Shown: positions 39,574-47,184 of the stretch, in pieces
Layout of the letters: every line of letters begins with the position of its first letter
How positions within the stretch are numbered: the stretch's first letter is position 1
Assembly (NCBI GenBank): GCA_045126955.1
Contig: JBGVPJ010000047.1
Coordinates: 1-50,924, forward strand
Direction of reading: 5' to 3'
Length of the DNA: 50,924 nt
From: Faecousia sp.
GTDB lineage: Bacteria > Bacillota > Clostridia > Oscillospirales > Oscillospiraceae
Program-made: the position numbers and the translations under genes
The notes under the pieces: generated by a model
Seen by the model: the letters and a program-made list of their open reading frames with translations, nothing else
Told to the model about the DNA's origin: nothing
The model's database searches: none

Positions 39574-39624
39574 CCTTTTCTTTTATCATAGCACAGGGCA
39601 ATGATAATTGCAACAAAAAGCGGG
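39574..39624 (-). promoter_or_regulatory. Cassette sigma-A-type promoter/RBS module, copy 1
   Basis: TTGCAA-N17-TATGAT with extended TG, followed by aaaagaaaaggag. Confidence 0.75.
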
Positions 39625-39631
39625 CGGTAAA

Positions 39632-39759
39632 AGGCCCCCTTGTGTAAAGGGGGCTGGCAAAAATCTCTGATTTTTGACTGGGGGATTGTCACGCACCGAT
39701 CCATTACAATCCCTCCGTCTGCCCTTCGGGCAGCCACCTCCCTTTGCACAAGGGAGGCT
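39632..39759. repeat. REP-like palindromic repeat pair
   Basis: gcccccttgtgtaaagggggc..gggattgt and acaatccctc..cctccctttgcacaagggagg in inverted arrangement; related to 1-176. Confidence 0.7.
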
Positions 39760-40728
39760 TTAGGCAGCGGCATCCAGCATGTTTTCAATAAAGATGCCAT
39801 ACCCGGTTGTTGGGTCGTTCACAAGGACATGGGTAACAGCGCCGATGAGCTTGCCGTTTTGGATGATGGGGCTGCCGGACATACCCTGCACAATGCCGCC
39901 GGTGGTTTCTAAAAGGGCGGGGTCTGTGATGTGGAGTAGGATGTTGCGGCCCGTTGCGCCTGCGTTGGGATAAACCTTCAAAATCTCCACAGAATATTCC
40001 TGTACCTTGTCACCCTGCACTGTGGAGCGAATGGTAGCAGGTCCTGCCTGCACATCCTTTGCTGTTCCTACAGGCAGCGGCTCGCCTGTCCAGCCGGACG
40101 AGGTGGTACCAAAAACGCCCCGGTTGGTATTTTTATAAAGGGTGCCCACCGGCTCGGCATTCTTTAGCGCTCCCATGAGCTGTCCCGGGTCACCGCACGC
40201 GCCTTTACGCACCGATACAACGGTTGCATTATATGCAGTGCCGGACACCATGCTCAGTAGCTCCCCACGGGCGTTGTTCACCCCGTGACCCAGTGTGCCG
40301 AATTTCTTGCTGTCCGGGTCGTACCAGGTGACCGTCCCCACACCGGTAACACCCTGCTTTAAATAGATGCCCAGCTTGGGACCCTCCCGGGTGATGGACG
40401 GCGTCAGGCGGACGGTGGCGGATTTTTTGTTTCGCACAACAGTCATCTCCACCGTTCCGTCCGACCTGTCCAAGGCATAACGCACGTCCGCCGCGGTATG
40501 GACGGACTGCCCGTTTACCGACAAAATCCGGTCGCCTACCCGCAAGCCCGCCTGCTGGGCCGCCGGTCCCAAATTCTCGTCAAAGGCCGCCACCGTAACG
40601 GTATTGTCCCCCAATTCCAGCCCCACAACCTGTCCGCCCGGTACCAGCATCTGGGCCGCGCTGACACTCACCGTCAACAGCCACGCACAGATGACCAATA
40701 TACCTGTGCGGTTTAAAAATTTTTTCAT
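39760..40728 (-). CDS. spoIVB: SpoIVB serine peptidase (S55, PDZ domain)
   Basis: Signal sequence, PDZ (AGLRVGDRILSVNG), [47 protein letters not shown]. Confidence 0.95.
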   Translation of the reverse strand: MKKFLNRTGILVICAWLLTVSVSAAQMLVPGGQVVGLELGDNTVTVAAFDENLGPAAQQAGLRVGDRILSVNGQSVHTAADVRYALDRSDGTVEMTVVRNKKSATVRLTPSITREGPKLGIYLKQGVTGVGTVTWYDPDSKKFGTLGHGVNNARGELLSMVSGTAYNATVVSVRKGACGDPGQLMGALKNAEPVGTLYKNTNRGVFGTTSSGWTGEPLPVGTAKDVQAGPATIRSTVQGDKVQEYSVEILKVYPNAGATGRNILLHITDPALLETTGGIVQGMSGSPIIQNGKLIGAVTHVLVNDPTTGYGIFIENMLDAAA

Positions 40729-40981
40729 CGTCAGGTCCTCCTTTCGTCTGCCCTGTTAATATTCCTCAAGCGCCGATTTGTAACCCTTGCAAAAGTCGAA
40801 AAAACAGGGGATTTTTGTAAATTACAGATTGTTCCGCCTGTGGATTTGGGATATAATACAAATAAGGAGTGAACACTATGGATTGCAAATATTATGTAAA
40901 CAACGCTTTGCTTTGACGGATGCGGCCAAAAAAAGTGTGTTTGTTCTCTAAATTTATAATAATTTTTCTATTATACGCCAT

Positions 40982-41039
40982 TTACCCATTGACAAAGTAG
41001 GTTAATAATGGTATATTACCCATGCATTAACTAGGTAAA
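40982..41039 (+). promoter_or_regulatory. nifS promoter with two tandem candidate Rrf2 operator sites
   Basis: TTGACA-N17-TATATT, overlapped by ttacccattgacaaagtaggttaa and ttacccatgcattaactaggtaaa. Confidence 0.55.
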
Positions 41040-41057
41040 TATCCCGGAGGAAAAAAT

Positions 41058-42245
41058 ATGCAAGTTTACGCAGACAATGCTGCTACTACTAAACTCAGCG
41101 CTCATGCCTTGCAGGCCATGATGCCCTGCTTTGAAACCTATTACGGCAACCCCTCCAGTCTGCATACCGTAGGACAGGAGGCCAAAGAGGTGATGGACGA
41201 CGCCCGGGCCCGGATCGCCAAATGCCTTGGCTGTGAGCCGAGGGAAATCTACTTCACCTCCGGCGGCAGCGAGGCCGACAATCAGGCCATCCGTTCAGCC
41301 GCCTTCTACGGTGCCAAAAAGGGTAAAAAGCACATTATCTCCACCGCCTTTGAGCATCATGCGGTGTTGCACACCCTGAGCGCACTGGAAAAAGAGGGCT
41401 TTGAAATCACCCTTTTGGATGTGAAGAATAATCACAACATCACCCCACAGCAGGTCAAGGACGCCATCCGTCCCGATACCTGTTTGGTAACTACCATGTA
41501 CGCCAACAACGAAATCGGCTCGGTACTGCCTATTGCGGAAATCGGTGCCGTATGCAAGGCCGCCGGTGTACCCTTCCACACGGATGCGGTACAGGCTGTC
41601 GGTCATCTGCACATCCATGTAAAAGAGCAGAACATCGATATGCTCAGCCTGTCTGCCCACAAGTTCCACGGCCCCAAAGGTGTGGGTGCCCTGTATGTCC
41701 GTCGGGGAATCCCCATGGTGAACGTGATTGAGGGCGGTGCGCAGGAGCGTGGCAAGCGGGGCGGCACGGAAAACCTGCCCGGCATTGTGGGCATGGCTGT
41801 GGCCATGGAGGATGCCTGCAACAATATGGACGCCAACAACGAAAAGGTTGTGGCTCTGCGGGATAAGCTGATTGCCGGTCTTTCCAAAATTCCCCACTGC
41901 GACTTAAACGGCGATCGGGTGAATCGGTTGCCTGGCAATGTGAGCTTCTGCTTTGAGGGCATTGAGGGCGAGAGCCTGCTGCTTTTGCTGGATATGAAGG
42001 GCGTTTGCGCCTCCTCCGGCTCTGCCTGCACCTCCGGTTCTTTGGACCCCAGCCATGTGCTGCTGGCCATTGGCAGAGTCCACGATGTGGCCCACGGCTC
42101 TTTGCGGCTGTCTTTGTGCCATGAAAACACAGAGGAAGAAATTGACCACATCCTCACAGCGGTGCCCCAAGTGGTGGAGCTGCTGCGGAGCATGAGTCCT
42201 GTGTGGCGTGATTTGCAGACCGGCAAACGGGAATATATTTTATAA
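41058..42245 (+). CDS. nifS: Cysteine desulfurase NifS/IscS
   Basis: YADNAATT, GNPSSLH, FTSGGSE, HTDAVQ, SAHKFHGPKG, SSGSACTS. Confidence 0.95.
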   Translation: MQVYADNAATTKLSAHALQAMMPCFETYYGNPSSLHTVGQEAKEVMDDARARIAKCLGCEPREIYFTSGGSEADNQAIRSAAFYGAKKGKKHIISTAFEHHAVLHTLSALEKEGFEITLLDVKNNHNITPQQVKDAIRPDTCLVTTMYANNEIGSVLPIAEIGAVCKAAGVPFHTDAVQAVGHLHIHVKEQNIDMLSLSAHKFHGPKGVGALYVRRGIPMVNVIEGGAQERGKRGGTENLPGIVGMAVAMEDACNNMDANNEKVVALRDKLIAGLSKIPHCDLNGDRVNRLPGNVSFCFEGIEGESLLLLLDMKGVCASSGSACTSGSLDPSHVLLAIGRVHDVAHGSLRLSLCHENTEEEIDHILTAVPQVVELLRSMSPVWRDLQTGKREYIL

Positions 42246-42260
42246 TTAGGAGAATAAACT

Positions 42261-42692
42261 ATGGCATTATACAGCGAAGTGGTCATGGACCATTTTATGC
42301 ACCCCCGAAATGTGGGCGTAATTGAAAACGCCGACGGCATCGGTGAGGTGGGCAACGCCAAATGCGGCGATATTATGAAAATTTACCTGAAAATCGAGAA
42401 CGACATCATTGCCGATGTGAAGTTTGAAACCTTTGGCTGCGGCTCTGCTATCGCCTCCTCCTCTATGGCAACGGAGATGATTAAGGGCAAGCCCATCGCA
42501 GATGCTATGAAGCTGACCAACGATGCGGTCGCCGAGGCGCTCCACGGTCTGCCTGCCCACAAGCTCCACTGCTCCGTGTTGGCAGAGGAGGCCATCAAGT
42601 CCGCCCTCAAGGACTACTACGACAAAAACGGCATCGCCTACGACCACACCCAGTTCCCCGACTGTGCCCATTGCAGCCACTGTAGTGAGTAA
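42261..42692 (+). CDS. nifU: Fe-S cluster scaffold NifU/IscU
   Basis: HFMHPRNVG, CGD, FGCGSAIASSS, KLHCSVLAE. Confidence 0.95.
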   Translation: MALYSEVVMDHFMHPRNVGVIENADGIGEVGNAKCGDIMKIYLKIENDIIADVKFETFGCGSAIASSSMATEMIKGKPIADAMKLTNDAVAEALHGLPAHKLHCSVLAEEAIKSALKDYYDKNGIAYDHTQFPDCAHCSHCSE

Positions 42693-42695
42693 GGT

Positions 42696-43112
42696 ATGAT
42701 TGTATCGACAAAAGGCCGCTATGCCCTGCGGGTGATGGTGCATTTCGCCACAAAAGGGGCAGAGGATTACATTCCGCTGAAAGAAATTGCCGAGGCGGAG
42801 GAAATTTCTCAAAAATACTTGGAATCCATTATGACAGTTCTGTCCAAGGCCGGCTTTGTGGATGCGGTACACGGCAAAGGTGGTGGCTATCGGCTGAACC
42901 GAAAGCCCTGTGAGTACACCGTAGGCAGCATTCTGAAGCTGACGGAGGGCTCCCTGGCTGCGGTATCCTGCACGGGACAGGGCCCGTCCGCCTGCGGGCG
43001 TTCCACCTGCTGTCAGACCAAGCCTATGTGGGACAAGCTGGATGCTATGATTGACAGCTTTTTTGAGGGGATCACCCTTGCGGATTTACTGGAAAATAAT
43101 GAAAAATTGTGA
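42696..43112 (+). CDS. Rrf2-family regulator (IscR/CymR-like) with Cys cluster
   Basis: STKGRYALR, ISQKYLE, GKGGGY, C-terminal cysteines. Confidence 0.92.
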   Translation: MIVSTKGRYALRVMVHFATKGAEDYIPLKEIAEAEEISQKYLESIMTVLSKAGFVDAVHGKGGGYRLNRKPCEYTVGSILKLTEGSLAAVSCTGQGPSACGRSTCCQTKPMWDKLDAMIDSFFEGITLADLLENNEKL

Positions 43113-43122
43113 GGTAAAAACT

Positions 43123-43773
43123 ATGGCTATTTTAGCACCTTCTATTCTCTCCTGTGATTACATGCATATGGAACGGGATTTTGCCGCCTGTAAGGAAAAC
43201 GGAGTCAAGTGGCTTCATGTGGACATTATGGACGGACATTTTGTGCCCAATCTGTCCTTCGGTTATTCATTGGTCAAGTCCATGCGCCCGATTACCGATT
43301 TGGTGCTGGATGTGCACCTGATGATTGACACCCCCATTAAGTATGCAGAAAACTTCTGCAAGGCCGGTGCCGACTACTTAACTATCCATGTGGAGGCCGA
43401 CACCCCCGAGAATATCCGCAAAACACTGGAGCTGATTCGCTCTCTGGGCGTGAAGCCCGGCATTGTGGTGAAGCCCAAGACCCCGGCTGAGGCCATTGCG
43501 GAATACCTGCCCATGGTTGACATGGTGCTGGTTATGACTGTGGAGCCGGGCTTTGGCGGTCAGAAGTTTATGGCAGATATGATGCCTAAGGTGAAGAAGC
43601 TTCGTGAAATGATCGACAGCGTCAATCCCGATTGCTACCTGGAGGTAGACGGCGGTGTGGATTTGAACACCGTGGTTACCTGCAAGGAAAACGGCGCAAA
43701 CGTATTCGTCGCCGGCTCTGCCTATTTCGGCGCACAGGACAAAAAGGCCTTCACCCAGCAAATGGAAGCCTAA
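43123..43773 (+). CDS. rpe: Ribulose-phosphate 3-epimerase
   Basis: APSILS, HVDIMDGHFVPN, DVHLM, MTVEPGFGGQ, VDGG, VAGS. Confidence 0.96.
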   Translation: MAILAPSILSCDYMHMERDFAACKENGVKWLHVDIMDGHFVPNLSFGYSLVKSMRPITDLVLDVHLMIDTPIKYAENFCKAGADYLTIHVEADTPENIRKTLELIRSLGVKPGIVVKPKTPAEAIAEYLPMVDMVLVMTVEPGFGGQKFMADMMPKVKKLREMIDSVNPDCYLEVDGGVDLNTVVTCKENGANVFVAGSAYFGAQDKKAFTQQMEA

Positions 43774-43781
43774 ATATCCGC

Positions 43782-43813
43782 TAAAAAGCAAGCACAACAG
43801 GTGCTTGCTTTTT
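43782..43813 (+). terminator. Rho-independent terminator
   Basis: aaaaagcaagcac-aacag-gtgcttgcttttt. Confidence 0.8.
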
Positions 43814-44002
43814 AACGGTGGTGGGGCAGAACAGGCAAGCGAAAGAGCCTTACCCGGTGAAGGACGGCAGGTTTTGTAAAAATTTTGAAACAGAAGGCCG
43901 GTCTTATCCCATAGGGAGTGGTAGCTGCGTGGCCGGAATTTTGCTTGCTTTCCCCGGTTTGCTATGGTAAAATAAGGGAAATTCATTGTTAGGAGTCTGT
44001 AA

Positions 44003-44473
44003 ATGGCCAAATATTTGACTGTTTTTTTTGTTTCCATGGTGCCCATCGTTGAGCTGCGGGGTGCCATGCCCATTGCGATGGGTATGGATATTCCTTTTCT
44101 TCAAGCGCTGCTTATCTGCGCAATAGGCAATATGATTCCCGTACCGATCGTCTACTTTTTCGCCCGGAAGTTTCTTGTTTGGGGCGTTAAACAGAAGTAC
44201 ATCGGAAAATTCTGTAATTTCTTTCTGGTCAAAGGGGAGCACGCCGGACAAAAGCTGGTGAAAGCCACCGGCCGAGGCGGTCTTTTTATTGCGCTGATGG
44301 TATTTGTGGGCATACCGCTACCCGGCACCGGCGCATGGACCGGCACCTTGGGCGCCAGCTTTTTGGATATGGGTTTTAAATCCACCGTTGTTTCCGTATC
44401 CCTCGGTGTGGTGATGGCCGGTATCATCATGGCCCTTGCCAGCACCGGCGCATTTGCCATATTCGGATTTTAA
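44003..44473 (+). CDS. Putative small multi-drug export family membrane protein
   Basis: SMVPIVELRGAMP, GNMIPVP, FVGIPLPGTGAWTG. Confidence 0.85.
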   Translation: MAKYLTVFFVSMVPIVELRGAMPIAMGMDIPFLQALLICAIGNMIPVPIVYFFARKFLVWGVKQKYIGKFCNFFLVKGEHAGQKLVKATGRGGLFIALMVFVGIPLPGTGAWTGTLGASFLDMGFKSTVVSVSLGVVMAGIIMALASTGAFAIFGF

Positions 44474-44490
44474 TTTGGAGGTAATAAAAA

Positions 44491-44829
44491 ATGGATTGTC
44501 TGTTCTGTAAAATCATTGCTGGGGATATCCCCTCTGCCAAGGTCTACGAGGACGAGACCGTTTACGCCTTCCGGGACATCAACCCTCAGGCACCCACCCA
44601 TATTTTGATCGTGCCCAAGGTACATTTGGGCAGTGTAAACGATGTGACTGCCGAAAACAGCGCCGTGGTGGCCCATATTTTTGAGGTGATTCCCCAGATT
44701 GCCGCTGCCGAAAAGCTCACAAACGGCTATCGGGTCGTGTCCAACTGCGGAGCCGATGCCGGTCAGACCGTGCAGCATTTGCATTTTCATATTTTGGGCG
44801 GTAAAGAGCTGGCTTTAGATATGGCTTGA
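44491..44829 (+). CDS. HIT (histidine triad) nucleotide-binding protein
   Basis: CLFCKI, DINPQAPTH, GQTVQHLHFHILGG. Confidence 0.95.
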   Translation: MDCLFCKIIAGDIPSAKVYEDETVYAFRDINPQAPTHILIVPKVHLGSVNDVTAENSAVVAHIFEVIPQIAAAEKLTNGYRVVSNCGADAGQTVQHLHFHILGGKELALDMA

Positions 44830-44871
44830 CTTTTTCCAAAAATCGGTTATAATATCTACAATCGCATAGAA

Positions 44872-44966
44872 CTTTGTCTTCGGGGAGCCGGTGCACCGGC
44901 TGAGATTGGGCTTTGGAGCCTTGACCCGCGAACCTGATACGGTCAGTACCGTCGTAGGAAAAGATG
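44872..44966 (+). promoter_or_regulatory. TPP riboswitch
   Basis: GGGGAGC..GCTGAGA..GACCC..AACCTGAT..CGTAGGA core; expression-platform hairpin tgtatcgcattgca..tgcaatgcgataca-tttttt at 44985-45029; lies upstream of thiT. Confidence 0.93.
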
Positions 44967-45041
44967 CACATATGAGATGCTTTTTGTATCGCATTGCACC
45001 TAGACGGGTTGCAATGCGATACATTTTTTAGGAGGTATCTT

Positions 45042-45617
45042 ATGTCTGAAACTGTCGCAAAATTCCATCTGCGCATCCGCGCCCTGTGCGAAGGCGCCAT
45101 CATGGTGGCCTTGGCCTTTGTTTTGAGCTTTATTAAGCTCTATGAGCTTCCCAACGGCGGCTCTCTGACCCCCGCTATGTTCCCCATCCTGCTGTACGCC
45201 CTTCGTTGGGGTCTCCCCCAGGGCTTGACTGCCGGCTTTGTGTTCGGTCTGCTGCAGCTGCTTTTTGACGGCGCGTATGCTTGGGGCTGGCAGAGTATGC
45301 TCCTTGACTATCTGCTGGCATTCACCCCTTTGGGTCTGGCCGGTCTGTTTAAGGGAAAGGCTTGGGGTATTTTCCCCGGCACCTTCATCGGCTGCCTTGG
45401 CCGCTTTATCGTACACCATATCTCCGGCATTACCATTTACCGAATCATCGAGCCTACTGCCGTTCCCGGTCTGGGCACATACGACAATGCCCACCTGTAT
45501 TCTTTGGTATATAACGGTAGCTATATGCTTCCCAATATGATTCTGGCACTGCTGCTGGCAGGCGTGCTGTATGTTCCCATGAAGCGTTACTTCTCCGGTC
45601 AGGACCTGCGGAAATAA
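45042..45617 (+). CDS. thiT: ECF thiamine transporter S component ThiT
   Basis: LPNGGS, LLDYLLAF, HHISG, YSLVYNGSYM; under a TPP riboswitch. Confidence 0.92.
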   Translation: MSETVAKFHLRIRALCEGAIMVALAFVLSFIKLYELPNGGSLTPAMFPILLYALRWGLPQGLTAGFVFGLLQLLFDGAYAWGWQSMLLDYLLAFTPLGLAGLFKGKAWGIFPGTFIGCLGRFIVHHISGITIYRIIEPTAVPGLGTYDNAHLYSLVYNGSYMLPNMILALLLAGVLYVPMKRYFSGQDLRK

Positions 45618-45631
45618 ATTCAATCATTTAA

Positions 45632-45711
45632 GAGGCTGTTGCAATTTGCAACAGCCTCCTTTTTGGCAACGCCAACCAAATCCCCACTTGCTTTTTGACA
45701 AGTGGGGATTT
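45632..45711. terminator. Two hairpins between convergent thiT and trxA
   Basis: gaggctgttgcaa/ttgcaacagcctc and aaatccccacttg/caagtggggattt. Confidence 0.7.
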
Positions 45712-45717
45712 TTAGGG

Positions 45718-46023
45718 TTACAGCAGGGCAAGTATCTGTGCCTTGGGCTTCGCACCCAAAGACTGATTCACAACGTTGCCGTCCTTGATGACCAGCAGTG
45801 TGGGAATGCTTGCGATTTGGTACTTGGCAGCCAGCTCCGGCTCCGCATCCACATCAACCTTGCAGACCTTAATGTCCTCCCGCTCGGCGGCAATCTCCTC
45901 CAGCGTGGGGGCGATCATACGGCAGGGACCGCACCAAGTGGCGAAAAAGTCCAGCAGGACGGGTTTGTCGGAATTCAGGACCTCCTCCTGAAAGGTAGCT
46001 TTTGTAATATGAAGTACAGACAT
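45718..46023 (-). CDS. trxA: Thioredoxin
   Basis: DFFATWCGPC, SIPTL; ggagg RBS before ATG 46023. Confidence 0.95.
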   Translation of the reverse strand: MSVLHITKATFQEEVLNSDKPVLLDFFATWCGPCRMIAPTLEEIAAEREDIKVCKVDVDAEPELAAKYQIASIPTLLVIKDGNVVNQSLGAKPKAQILALL

Positions 46024-46254
46024 TGTATGTTCCTCCTTGATGTATTTTTGTTTTATGGATTTATTATACCACAAATTTTGCAAAGTACCGTGACAAAATC
46101 ACATATTTTTTCGTGTACAGCTATGTGGTTTTTGCAGCTTTTTCTCGGCATTTTGATTACATGATAATCATACGCCTTTTTTGCTGAAAAAGCAATTGAC
46201 ATATCCGCCGAAATTTTCCATAGACTATACAACAAAAAAGCAGGGAGGCGTTCT

Positions 46255-46536
46255 ATGTCAGCCAAATTCACGGATTTGCACTGCAAAGAGGTTATCTGCG
46301 TCAGCGACGGACGGCGGCTTGGCTTTATTCAGGATGTGATTATCCAGCTGCCAAACGGGGAGGTCAATGCCATTGTGGTGCCGGGTCGGTGCAAGCTGGG
46401 AGGACTGGGCCCGCCAAGGGACGATTTTGTCATTCCCTGGAATTGTATTTGCCGCATTGGGCCGGACATTGTACTTGTGGACATCAAGCCGGACGATTGC
46501 CGAGTCCTGCGGGGAAAGCCACGACTACTGTTTTGA
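46255..46536 (+). CDS. YlmC/YmxH family sporulation PRC-barrel protein
   Basis: DLHCKEVI..DGRRLG..D, IPWNCI..IGPDIVLV. Confidence 0.9.
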   Translation: MSAKFTDLHCKEVICVSDGRRLGFIQDVIIQLPNGEVNAIVVPGRCKLGGLGPPRDDFVIPWNCICRIGPDIVLVDIKPDDCRVLRGKPRLLF

Positions 46537-46682
46537 AAGATTCAAGATGTCTGGCGCACTGTGCATGCATGTCCCTCCCCGCACCGGGGATATAAATAAA
46601 TCGTAAATAATGGGGCGATATACTTGCAAAAATGGAGAAAACTCCATATAATAAGGGAAAGATAATTCCAAAGGTGGAGCCT

Positions 46683-47096
46683 ATGAACGGATTTATGGAC
46701 TTTCTGCGCCGGATAGGTGCAAAAATATCAAGCGGTCTGCGCCATTTCATGCTGGGTCGTTATGGCACGGACAAACTGAATATGGCCATTTTAGGCGCAG
46801 GCTTGGTGCTGTCCATCCTTGTGGCCTTTATCAAGGTGCCGATTTTGGATTTGACACTCACATTGTTTGCCTATGGCCTCATGTTCTGGGCCATCTTCCG
46901 AATGCTCTCCCGGAACACCTACAAGCGCTACCAGGAGAACCGGAAATACCTGCGCTTTTTGGAGCGCATCAAGGACCGGGAACACCGTTACTTCGACTGC
47001 CCCCGTTGTCATCAGCCTGTGCGAGTACCTAGAGGCAAGGGCAAAATTTCCATCACTTGCCCCAAATGTAAAGAAAAATTTATCAAAAAAACTTGA
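46683..47096 (+). CDS. Conserved membrane protein with C-terminal Zn ribbon
   Basis: FMLGRYGTDKL, two TM segments, CPRC..RVPRGKGKISITCPKC. Confidence 0.8.
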   Translation: MNGFMDFLRRIGAKISSGLRHFMLGRYGTDKLNMAILGAGLVLSILVAFIKVPILDLTLTLFAYGLMFWAIFRMLSRNTYKRYQENRKYLRFLERIKDREHRYFDCPRCHQPVRVPRGKGKISITCPKCKEKFIKKT

Positions 47097-47184
47097 TTTC
47101 CGGGCGCATATTGCGCCCGTTTTTTCTTGACATCGAGGAAAAATACAGATAATATGGTGCTACAACGAATAAAGGAATAAAATC

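Larger units (their letters stand above)
38972..39881 (-). mobile_element. Putative integrative cassette 1 (910 bp) supplying the current spoIVB 3' end
   Basis: Bounded by gccggaca junctions ending at 38971 and 39881; same modular layout as cassette 2 with different cargo. Confidence 0.75.

Noticed and set aside
39564-39800. N-terminal extension of the 191-aa ORF 39225-39800
   Set aside because: It crosses the spoIVB tail, a REP-like repeat and the promoter; the RBS supports ATG 39563.
37721-39882. Diversity-generating retroelement (TR/VR) or CRISPR explanation for the repeated spoIVB tails
   Set aside because: Differences are at synonymous positions of all four bases rather than adenine-specific. 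No reverse transcriptase or cas gene is present, and there is no short repeat-spacer periodicity.
39760-40728. skin-like element interrupting a sporulation gene
   Set aside because: spoIVB is intact and in frame through its stop, so excision is not needed to restore it.
43814-43950. Possible ncRNA between rpe and the export-protein gene (also 49170-49260)
   Set aside because: No recognisable family motif or convincing fold by eye; an Rfam/Infernal scan would be needed.
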